36,868 nt of DNA from a virus (taxonomy: Duplodnaviria > Caudoviricetes): positions 1 through 36,868 of the IMG/VR virus record IMGVR_UViG_3300023173_000043, one strand, 5' to 3'. Of the stretch, positions 8,164-15,682 are shown in pieces (the first letter of the stretch is position 1; the number at the start of each line of letters is the position of its first letter). A model generated the notes under the pieces. That model worked only from the letters and a program-made list of their open reading frames with translations. It searched no databases and was not told where the DNA came from. The position numbers and the translations under genes were made by a program.

Positions 8164-9012
8164 ATGGCTGACAGAAAAGATCGATATCAACGTATCGTTG
8201 ATCTTATATTCAAAGCAATGGAGACGCCTGAGTCTTGGCAAAAGACCTGGCAATCCATGTCAACACGCCCCCGAAATCATGTCAGTGGACACAAGTACAC
8301 AGGCATGAACGCCATAACTTGCATGGTGGACATGGCAATTAACGAGTACAAGGACGGACATTACGTCACTTTCAACCAAGCAGAGCAGTTAGGTCTGTCA
8401 GTTAAAGGGCAGAAAGCAACGCCTATTATCTTTATGGGCAAAGCAAAAGATAAGAAGTCAGATGATCCAGAAAAGACTTACAAGTTTGCCAAGATTTACA
8501 ACTGCTGGAACATCAACAAACTAGGGCTCTATCTTCCAGAGCCTGAGATCAAACCCAACAAACTAGAAGCTCCGCACGTTATAGCTGACGCTCTCTGCGT
8601 AGCAGTAGAGAATAATGCAAGCTATGACCCATGCTATATCCCAAGCATTGACACCATCAAAATGCCGATGGAGGGACAGTTTGAGCGAGAGCATCACTAT
8701 CAATCTACCTTCTACCATGAGTGTGTCCATGCAACTGGCGCAAAGAAAAGGTTAGATAGGAAGATAGAAAATCCATTCGGGTCTGAGCTCTATGCTATCG
8801 AAGAGTTAGTGGCAGAGATAGGCAGTGTCTTGTTGTGTGCTGATCTGGGTATCAAATATGAGATTCAGAATCATGCAAGCTATCTAAATAGCTGGAAGAA
8901 AGCTATCAAAGAAGACAGTAACATACTGGTTAAGTCAGCAAGAAAAGCACAGAACGCCGTTGATTATATCCATAGCCAGATGGATCTAATGAAGCAACAA
9001 AATGCGGCGTGA
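8164..9012 (+). CDS. ardC: ArdC-like anti-restriction protein (ssDNA-binding N-domain plus zincin-like metallopeptidase)
   Basis: 'WQKTW...PRNHVSGHKYTGMN', 'YVTFNQA...VKGQKA', 'D.I.MP...F', 'FYHECVHATG...RLDR', 'YAIEELVAEIGS', 'HASYLNSW'. Confidence 0.93.
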   Translation: MADRKDRYQRIVDLIFKAMETPESWQKTWQSMSTRPRNHVSGHKYTGMNAITCMVDMAINEYKDGHYVTFNQAEQLGLSVKGQKATPIIFMGKAKDKKSDDPEKTYKFAKIYNCWNINKLGLYLPEPEIKPNKLEAPHVIADALCVAVENNASYDPCYIPSIDTIKMPMEGQFEREHHYQSTFYHECVHATGAKKRLDRKIENPFGSELYAIEELVAEIGSVLLCADLGIKYEIQNHASYLNSWKKAIKEDSNILVKSARKAQNAVDYIHSQMDLMKQQNAA

Positions 9013-9069
9013 TTCGCACGGAGCCGGTGTCCGTTCCCTTACGGGGACACCGGTCTCCGCACTCATCAC
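9009..9069. repeat. Imperfect hairpin downstream of ardC
   Basis: GTGAT/ATCAC, CGGAG/CTCCG, CCGGTGTCC/GGACACCGG; no T-tract. Confidence 0.7.
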
Positions 9070-9082
9070 TTAGGAGAAACCT

Positions 9083-9499
9083 ATGAGTAATCCAGTTAAA
9101 TGGACAACTGCTTACGTCAGTCGATTATGTCCACAGTTATTACGATGTGAAGCAGACATCGTACTAGAAGAATGTCGGGTTAGAACTTCATCAGATGGTG
9201 ACATCTATCCCGACTTGGTAATTAGTGTAGCCAAAAGTTTATTCCCTGAAGTGCTAAGCAATCGTGATTCAGTGTTGCCGTCAAAAAAGATTGACTCGCT
9301 AGAAATAGCAATGAATGCAATAGACATTGCGCGCAAGTGCCTTCAGCAAATACCTAATGATATGAAATCAGATGGTACTGCCAGGGCAGAACTAGAACTC
9401 GGCGCCCAGTGGCACTACCTAATGAACGAACTCAAGGAAATAAAAGATGGAACAGGACAATACCCCGGAGTCAAAACAAAACCAGTGGCGTACATTTAA
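9083..9499 (+). CDS. Hypothetical protein
   Basis: GGAG RBS, 138 aa. Confidence 0.7.
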   Translation: MSNPVKWTTAYVSRLCPQLLRCEADIVLEECRVRTSSDGDIYPDLVISVAKSLFPEVLSNRDSVLPSKKIDSLEIAMNAIDIARKCLQQIPNDMKSDGTARAELELGAQWHYLMNELKEIKDGTGQYPGVKTKPVAYI

Positions 9500-9653
9500 T
9501 CAGATGTTAAAAAAACGGGAAGTGATAACCAAGATGTACATTGATCTTTGTGCATCAGAAAACAAAGTGCCCAGTAATGCAGAGTTTGAAGCCTTCAAAA
9601 TAGAGATGGAAACTTTCGCTACACACTGGGCTATGAATGAAGATAAAACTTGA
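9447..9653 (+). CDS. Hypothetical protein
   Basis: AAGGA RBS, 68 aa, within the operon. Confidence 0.6.
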   Translation: MEQDNTPESKQNQWRTFNQMLKKREVITKMYIDLCASENKVPSNAEFEAFKIEMETFATHWAMNEDKT

Positions 9654-9663
9654 GGAGAGAACG

Positions 9664-9933
9664 ATGTCAAAAATTAGTAATTTCGGACAGGCCAAAGCAA
9701 TGAGAGATGCACGGCGAACAGGTGTTATGCCTTTTGAATACGAATTTGATGTGGATTCTAAAGCGGGTGACTTCACTATCATGGTGACAGGACATACAAC
9801 AAGAGAAAATGATTTAGGTCTCGTTGCTGTTTACTGCGAAAGCATTACCTGCATGGGCCGTGACTGTTCACACGTTGTTGATGACGCAATTGTTACGCAA
9901 TGGATCTTTGATGAACTAGGAGTAGAACAATGA
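9664..9933 (+). CDS. Hypothetical protein (paralogue of the next gene)
   Basis: GAGGAG RBS before ATG 9664; 'PFEYEFDVDSKAGDFTIMVTG'. Confidence 0.7.
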   Translation: MSKISNFGQAKAMRDARRTGVMPFEYEFDVDSKAGDFTIMVTGHTTRENDLGLVAVYCESITCMGRDCSHVVDDAIVTQWIFDELGVEQ

Positions 9934-10172
9934 GTAGTGAATCAAACCCGTTTAAGCCTTTTGCCTATCGGTTTGAGGTTAAGTCCGATGCAGGAATCTT
10001 TGATGTTATTGCGAGAGGTAATTCTCATGAGGATTCAGAAGGATTCTTCAGCATATTTATTGAGTCAGTAACAGACATAGATGACAACAACGTTGTTGGC
10101 ATTGACTGGTCAATCATCTCAAAGCGAGTCATGGGAAGACTAGAAGAGGAGGATGCACAAAATGGTATTTGA
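9930..10172 (+). CDS. Hypothetical protein (paralogue of the previous gene)
   Basis: ATGA overlap; 'PFAYRFEVKSDAGIFDVIARG'. Confidence 0.7.
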   Translation: MSSESNPFKPFAYRFEVKSDAGIFDVIARGNSHEDSEGFFSIFIESVTDIDDNNVVGIDWSIISKRVMGRLEEEDAQNGI

Positions 10173-10482
10173 TTTCGAAACCGAAGCCGCAACAAGCGGT
10201 ACTTGTCTACAAGGATACGCTCTTGCCACAAGGCAGGAGCTTATTCAAATATTTGGTGAGCCAAATGAGAGTTACCTGGATGATAAGTGTAACTTTGAAT
10301 GGTCGTTACTGTTTACCAATCCAAAAGACAGCACGGACACAATACGCGCAACCATTTATGACTGGAAGTGTGAGCCCGGCAACCTATCTGAAACTATCAG
10401 CTGGCATATCGGTGGTGATGGATTAGATGCAGTTCACTGCGTGGCTGGTCATCTCTTGGCGCACAGGGAGAAAGCCGCATGA
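10162..10482 (+). CDS. Conserved phage hypothetical protein (LQG...FGEP...EW...ATIYDWK...WHIGG family)
   Basis: GAGGAGG RBS; recognisable motif series. Confidence 0.8.
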   Translation: MVFDFETEAATSGTCLQGYALATRQELIQIFGEPNESYLDDKCNFEWSLLFTNPKDSTDTIRATIYDWKCEPGNLSETISWHIGGDGLDAVHCVAGHLLAHREKAA

Positions 10483-10820
10483 AACAAGGAGGCAGACCAG
10501 TCGGAGGTAAGTGGCAAAAGTTGTACCAGTCTGTGCTTAAGTCAACGCTATACCTAAGCGGCAATACATTTACCTGTCACGACATAGCTTTTAGGCACAA
10601 GGTCAAGCCGCAACAGGCAACCAAGGTGTTAATGGAGCTAATCAAAGACGGGTATCTAAATGGGTATGGCAACGGAGGACAAGACTTCAAAAACTACATC
10701 CGAAGGGCAAGACATTCAGACCTTGGAAAAAGAAAGTTAAGTAACTACACCCCACCTATTCAACCCAATGAGTTAACAGCAAGCACAAGATTTATTTACG
10801 GAGGAAGAATCAATGGCTAG
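10479..10820 (+). CDS. Putative winged-helix DNA-binding protein
   Basis: 'FTCHDIA......QQATKVLMELIKDGYL' HTH-like pattern; basic. Confidence 0.55.
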   Translation: MKQGGRPVGGKWQKLYQSVLKSTLYLSGNTFTCHDIAFRHKVKPQQATKVLMELIKDGYLNGYGNGGQDFKNYIRRARHSDLGKRKLSNYTPPIQPNELTASTRFIYGGRING

Positions 10821-10992
10821 CTTTATCTGTAGTTCCTGCGACGAGCAATTCAAAAGTTGGAATGCCGCTGACATAGACCTTGTCATGTACCCAGAACTAG
10901 AAGGCAAAGCCTACTGCCTAGACTGTCTTGAGTATGTAGAAGATGAGATCCAAGCTGAGCGACACGCTGACTACCAACATGGAGACATCTAA
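10813..10992 (+). CDS. Small Zn-finger protein (59 aa, below the ORF-track cutoff)
   Basis: GGAGG RBS; MASFICSSC...YCLDCLEYVEDEIQAERHADYQHGDI*. Confidence 0.75.
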   Translation: MASFICSSCDEQFKSWNAADIDLVMYPELEGKAYCLDCLEYVEDEIQAERHADYQHGDI

Positions 10993-11156
10993 TGAGTAAG
11001 CATGAACAACTCATCTTGGATATATGCCAAATATCTGAAGCGTTAGCTGACGATCCTGAGTATGACCAGGATTGGAAGCCGCGCTTAGAAAGGTTGCTTG
11101 GCTTTGTAGAAGCCCAAGCTGAACGACACGCTAACTGCCAGCACGGAGATATCTAA
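10992..11156 (+). CDS. Small hypothetical protein (54 aa)
   Basis: TAATG overlap; MSKHEQLILD...FVEAQAERHANCQHGDI*. Confidence 0.7.
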   Translation: MSKHEQLILDICQISEALADDPEYDQDWKPRLERLLGFVEAQAERHANCQHGDI

Positions 11157-11426
11157 ATGGAATATGAACAAGACTTTCCTTTCAAAGAGTACCGCACTGA
11201 GGGAGGAGACTTCTTCAGCAGTATAGACGAAGCCCTTGATGCTGGCTTTGAGATGGATCAGATCTGGTCTGTCACTGAGTCAGGCGAGAATGACTACTGC
11301 CATATCTATGGGCCTCCCCATCACTGGGTCAACCTCCTTGGATATACAGCCACCAAGGAACGGCACGACAACAACACCTACTACATCGAGGACTGGAGTA
11401 ACTTCATGGAGGCATCTAATGAGTAA
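11157..11426 (+). CDS. Hypothetical acidic protein
   Basis: GGAG RBS; 'QIWSV...YGPPHHWVNLLGY'. Confidence 0.75.
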   Translation: MEYEQDFPFKEYRTEGGDFFSSIDEALDAGFEMDQIWSVTESGENDYCHIYGPPHHWVNLLGYTATKERHDNNTYYIEDWSNFMEASNE

Positions 11427-11577
11427 CCAAGAAAAAGCTACCTTAGAAAAGCTAGAACAGATTCATTTCTGCATATCTGAACACATAGACAAAGAAGATC
11501 TAGACCTACATCTGCTTGAGATGGCATTGGAATTGGTAGAGGACATAAGAGAACCCTACCTCCCCGGCAAATGTTAG
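11419..11577 (+). CDS. Small hypothetical protein
   Basis: GGAGG RBS, ATG 11419, 'ALELVEDIREPY'. Confidence 0.65.
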   Translation: MSNQEKATLEKLEQIHFCISEHIDKEDLDLHLLEMALELVEDIREPYLPGKC

Positions 11578-12119
11578 TACGTCTTAGCCCTGAAGATGTC
11601 CACAACTGCACCCTAATGGGCCACGATACTGTGGCTCTTTGCGAGATGCGGGGAGTTCCCCCTCGTCTTGAGAATAAAAACCAAACCAGAGAAGAAGCCA
11701 ATGCTCTTGGATTCAAGGCAGAGTTTGCAGTCGCCAGGTTACTAGGCACGAACCTACCTACAGTCAACGTGGTTACTGATGGCGGTATTGACCTGTGGTT
11801 TGGTGATGTCTCTATTGATGTAAAGTTTACTAACAAGCAGAGCAATGGATTGATCTTTGATAACGAAGAGAAATTTAAAGCAAGACTAGCAGTGCTTGTC
11901 ACACCGACAGATCATGATGATGTTATGAATATTGTAGGCTGGATAGGCAGAAAGCAATTCTTACACGTAGCTAAAGTCAAAGACTTTGGATATGGCCCAA
12001 GGCTGGTTGCTGTTGGGCACAACCTAAAGCGTATTGAAAGCTTATGGAGACGGTTGCACGAGTGGAGTCCCGGCGAAGGAAAATGGGAGACTCGTAAAGA
12101 AACCTGCGGTGAGCGATAG
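11571..12119 (+). CDS. PD-(D/E)XK restriction-endonuclease-like protein
   Basis: 'GFKAEFAV...DGGIDL...SIDVK' catalytic pattern. Confidence 0.6.
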   Translation: MLVRLSPEDVHNCTLMGHDTVALCEMRGVPPRLENKNQTREEANALGFKAEFAVARLLGTNLPTVNVVTDGGIDLWFGDVSIDVKFTNKQSNGLIFDNEEKFKARLAVLVTPTDHDDVMNIVGWIGRKQFLHVAKVKDFGYGPRLVAVGHNLKRIESLWRRLHEWSPGEGKWETRKETCGER

Positions 12120-12242
12120 GGGAAACAGGGCGTGATGGTGTTCCCCGCTAGATATGCAACGAGAGAAAGGAACCCCCTGTCCAACCAAAAGCGGAGGAAA
12201 GAATTGGCAAGGAGCCTGCCGAGGCGGGAAGATGTTCATGTC

Positions 12243-12446
12243 TTAGGCATCAAACCCAGCAAGCTCCTGTTCTTTTTTTCCTTCGGGGAATGCTTTGTTC
12301 AAAGCTGATCTCGTTGTGAACGGCTTGCCCTTTCCATCTACCATGTAAGGAATGCCTTGAGACTCAAGAACCTTCATTAATTTGGGAGATGTGCCGCAAT
12401 CAAAGATATCGAATAGCTCTGAGTGCTTAACAAATTCCATCTTCAT
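12243..12446 (-). CDS. DUF4224-like (excisionase-type HTH) protein
   Basis: 'EL..........L.SQGIPY.VDGKGKP.TT' pattern; TAAGGAG RBS. Confidence 0.65.
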   Translation of the reverse strand: MKMEFVKHSELFDIFDCGTSPKLMKVLESQGIPYMVDGKGKPFTTRSALNKAFPEGKKEQELAGFDA

Positions 12447-12459
12447 TCATACTCTCCTT

Positions 12460-12483
12460 AAAAAAGGGGGAGACTAGCTCCCC
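12460..12483 (-). terminator. Probable intrinsic terminator
   Basis: Minus: GGGGAG-CTAGT-CTCCCC-C-T6. Confidence 0.65.
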
Positions 12484-12501
12484 AAATATGCCACCACAGC
12501 A

Positions 12502-12765
12502 TCAAAAGGGTATCTCAAGATCTTCTTTCTTTTTAGAAGATCCTTCATAGTTATTGACGGAAAAGTAAATACTCTCACCCGACTTTGCTTCTAAGAGCTC
12601 AAGGTTTAGCCATTCCGCGCCAGGATTTTCGTCTCGCTTTGACCTAAGCCAAGGCAAAAACTCCTCCCATTTAACACCTACTGTTGCCTTAACAAAATCA
12701 GGCATTGAATCCAGTGGCTTCTTTGCGTAAAGCCCTGCCACAAATTCTTTGTCGTTGTTACTCAT
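12502..12765 (-). CDS. Putative SSB-like protein with acidic 'EIPF' tail
   Basis: Follows the SSAP gene; C-terminal DLEIPF resembles the SSB interaction tail. Confidence 0.55.
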   Translation of the reverse strand: MSNNDKEFVAGLYAKKPLDSMPDFVKATVGVKWEEFLPWLRSKRDENPGAEWLNLELLEAKSGESIYFSVNNYEGSSKKKEDLEIPF

Positions 12766-13367
12766 GCCGCCGCTCCTTTTCTTACTGCATTAAATTCATC
12801 GGTTTTGAAGTACGCTCTTTCTTGGGTGGTGAATACACCGCCCTTGGTTGAAGCAACCCATAAGGATTCTTGATCTTCATTAGATATATCTTGCAAGTTC
12901 TCAAGAACCTTATAAGGATCATTTGCTCTGATACCTTCTTTGATATTAAAGATGGCTTCAAAGTTAGCCTTCATTGCCTCATTGTGTTTAACAAGATGCT
13001 CGACAGCCTCTTGTGTTTTCTGCTGATTGATTGCCCCAGCTACCTCGTCTGCGCTAGCAATCTCTGACCCAGCAAGGCCGAAGAATGCCAACGCTCGACC
13101 CACAGCACTGGTCTCAGCGTTTTCAAATGCAGAGGTTTTGTTGATGCGAGAAGCGGATCGTACTTCCTCAGCAAATCCAGTAGAGATAACTCGACCGGAC
13201 TCATCTGAGATCTCTGTCTTGATAACAACCTTCTCGTCATCAGCGACAACAACATTACTTGCGATAGTGTAATTAGGGTGCGCTTGTCTGAACTCACTTA
13301 CCCGTAAGGCTACGGTTTTGTATGCCTTACCATGAATGTCGACCACACCTGTATCACCCTTGCCCAT
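12762..13367 (-). CDS. Single-strand annealing recombinase (Rad52/Sak-like)
   Basis: TAAGGAG RBS before ATG 13367; 'IHGKAYKTVALRV..FR', 'TGFAEE', 'ENAETSAVGRALAFFG'. Confidence 0.7.
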   Translation of the reverse strand: MGKGDTGVVDIHGKAYKTVALRVSEFRQAHPNYTIASNVVVADDEKVVIKTEISDESGRVISTGFAEEVRSASRINKTSAFENAETSAVGRALAFFGLAGSEIASADEVAGAINQQKTQEAVEHLVKHNEAMKANFEAIFNIKEGIRANDPYKVLENLQDISNEDQESLWVASTKGGVFTTQERAYFKTDEFNAVRKGAAA

Positions 13368-13411
13368 AACTTTTCTCCTTAATAAATGCAAAGTATCCCG
13401 AAGGACAGCAA

Positions 13412-13475
13412 TAGTATAAACACATGGGAAAAGATTAGCAACACTTGCCAAAGATGCATTAATACATGGTAAACT
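13412..13475. promoter_or_regulatory. Divergent sigma70-like promoters
   Basis: Minus: TTGCTA-18-TATACT (13441-13412); plus: extended -10 TGgTAAACT (13467-13475); AT-rich divergent intergenic region. Confidence 0.45.
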
Positions 13476-13513
13476 TCTATGTTCTTTAGCAATCCTTATA
13501 AAAGGTTAAGAAA

Positions 13514-14671
13514 ATGCCGCCAGAAAGTTATGATTACTTACAAGAAATCGCCATCCTCGAAGCGAGACAAGCCAAAGAACATCACTTCAATCTAGATTTA
13601 GATGCCAATTCATTAGAACACCAGCACTATCAACGCAATAACAAAGATCCTCTTTCCGACCTGGACACCAGTGATGAGATCGAATCCACCTACGAGCGGC
13701 TTGGCCGCGAGGGGTACTGGATACCGAAGATGATTAAGAAGACTAGCACGGTGGTCTTGTTTGCAAAGCCCAACGGAGGAAAGACCCTGCTAACCATAGC
13801 CGCGCTAATAGAAGAGATAAAAAAAGGAAACATCAAAGGCGAAGATATTATCTACTGCAACGAAGACGATGGGCTCAATGACTTAGAACAAAAGCGAAAA
13901 ATCTTTAAGTCTTACGGTATTCGTTTAATGTCTAGCAGTATGAAGCAGATAAGCACCCAACAGCTTCAATTTAATCTCCACCAGCTAGCCGTTGCCGGCC
14001 ACCTTAGAGACAAGCTGGTTGTCTTTGATACCTTAACCAAGTTCTGTGACCTAAACACCAGCGAGGTCGCTGATTTCCTACGCTTTACACGACTTATCAA
14101 CACTCAAGGAGGAACCTGCTTGTTGCTGTCCCATGCAAACAAACATGAGGATGATGATGGATGGCCTATATTCAAGGGATTGCAAGACCTAGAAGATAAC
14201 TGTGATGCCATGTATTCCATGCGAGCACTGACCGACAAAGAGAAGCTTGTTCAGCTTGTGCACATGAGACGGGGAAAAGACAGGGGCGGGATGGATAAAG
14301 AGTTCTTCTTTGAGTTTGAGAAGTCGGAGATTCTTGGGTATGAGCACATGATTCGGTCATTCAGGTTTGTCGATGAAAGCAAGAAGATAAAGATCGACAA
14401 AGAGAATGCCGCTAAGAGAAGAATCTGGGACTTCGAGGATGAGTTTCTATTTCTCAGGAATGTATTGCGAGGGCAGGGCGAGAAGTCTCAATCAGATATT
14501 CTTGCTGACCGACAAGATCCAGAGCTCAACCCAAATTCAGTAGGCAGAAACAGGGTAGCCAAAGCAATCAAGGTCTTAAGAGGCCTTGCTATTAACGTTA
14601 GGGTTGATAGGGCAAGCAACAATACCAAGTGGATCAGTTGGCGTGAGGAGGTTGAGTCGCTTGAAAGCTAG
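13514..14671 (+). CDS. RecA-fold AAA replicative helicase/initiator (AAA_25/RepA-like) with possible C-terminal wHTH
   Basis: Walker A 'AKPNGGKT', Walker B 'LVVFDT', 'LLLSHANK', 'KDR' arginine-finger region. Confidence 0.75.
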   Translation: MPPESYDYLQEIAILEARQAKEHHFNLDLDANSLEHQHYQRNNKDPLSDLDTSDEIESTYERLGREGYWIPKMIKKTSTVVLFAKPNGGKTLLTIAALIEEIKKGNIKGEDIIYCNEDDGLNDLEQKRKIFKSYGIRLMSSSMKQISTQQLQFNLHQLAVAGHLRDKLVVFDTLTKFCDLNTSEVADFLRFTRLINTQGGTCLLLSHANKHEDDDGWPIFKGLQDLEDNCDAMYSMRALTDKEKLVQLVHMRRGKDRGGMDKEFFFEFEKSEILGYEHMIRSFRFVDESKKIKIDKENAAKRRIWDFEDEFLFLRNVLRGQGEKSQSDILADRQDPELNPNSVGRNRVAKAIKVLRGLAINVRVDRASNNTKWISWREEVESLES

Positions 14672-14680
14672 TGTTTATGC

Positions 14681-14789
14681 GGTTTCCCTAGTTTCCCTAG
14701 TTTCCCTGTATTTCAGAGAGGGGGTGGTTAGTGACCACTAACGACCCTTCCTCGGTAAGCCGGGGAAACCGGGGAAACCCGGGAAACCA
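14681..14789. repeat. Inverted sets of 9-bp iteron-like repeats; candidate replication origin
   Basis: 3x GTTTCCCT(A/G) facing 3x (G/C)GGGAAACC, with central palindrome GTTAGTG-AC-CACTAAC. Confidence 0.75.
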
Positions 14790-14823
14790 AACAACGATGC
14801 GGGTTTTAGGAGATGACAAGTAC

Positions 14824-15258
14824 ATGGGAAACAGTTGGGTTATAGACAATAAGGATAAGGCAGAGTTTTTTAAGAACTTTATTGACGATCAGTTAAACCA
14901 AGGTGTCACGATGGTCTACACATTATCGGTGGGATCGCGCACTCAGCGTCAGAATAACGCACTGCACCTTTGGTTTAGGCAGATTGCAACGCTCTTTAAC
15001 GACTCCGGGCAGGAGTTAACTCACCCCCTTGTCCCCACCATGGACATTCCTTGGACAGAGAACATCGTCAAGGAAGTCCTGTATAAGCTCGTCATCAAGA
15101 AAATGTACGACAAGGGGTCTACCACAGGGTTGTCTGCTAAACAGCTCTCTGAGGCCGCTGAGACGCTCTCACGGTGGCTTGCCCAAGAGTGTGGGATATA
15201 CGCCCCGTTCCCCCAGACATTGAAAGACTCGCTTAAATCAGCAGAGGAGGTAGTATGA
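14824..15258 (+). CDS. ninB: NinB/YbcN-like recombination protein
   Basis: 'RTQRQNNALHLWF..IA' and 'STTGLSAKQLSE'; AGGAG RBS. Confidence 0.7.
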   Translation: MGNSWVIDNKDKAEFFKNFIDDQLNQGVTMVYTLSVGSRTQRQNNALHLWFRQIATLFNDSGQELTHPLVPTMDIPWTENIVKEVLYKLVIKKMYDKGSTTGLSAKQLSEAAETLSRWLAQECGIYAPFPQTLKDSLKSAEEVV

Positions 15259-15680
15259 ATATCAAAATCAATGCGGCAGATCGACACTTTAGCAAGTGCG
15301 TCAGGGAAAGAACGGACTACACCTGCCAAGGATGTGGCAAGCAATACCCTCGGGAAAGCACAGGATTGCACTGCTCTCACTACTTCTCACGAGGAAGGTG
15401 GGCTATCCGATATGACAAAGACAATGCCTTTGCTCACTGCTATGGATGCCATAAGAAATACGGCTCCAACCCTGAACACTTTAGGGATCATTACCTGGAC
15501 TGCTACGGCGAAGGAACCCTAGAGCTTCTGAAAGAAAAAGAGAGGGACTTGGGAAGGGCCAAGCGAATGCATAAGGAGTTCAAAGACATTGTTTACCACT
15601 ACCGGGAGGAGCTAAAAGAAATGAAACAGATAAGAACGAAAGGCCATGCCGGATGGCTAGACTTTGTATCGTGGGATTAA
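15255..15680 (+). CDS. ninG: NinG/Rap-like HNH-type nuclease
   Basis: 'D..FSK.VR.R...CQGCG...LHCSHYFSR....IRYD..N..AHCYGCH'. Confidence 0.8.
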   Translation: MNIKINAADRHFSKCVRERTDYTCQGCGKQYPRESTGLHCSHYFSRGRWAIRYDKDNAFAHCYGCHKKYGSNPEHFRDHYLDCYGEGTLELLKEKERDLGRAKRMHKEFKDIVYHYREELKEMKQIRTKGHAGWLDFVSWD

Positions 15681-15682
15681 CG

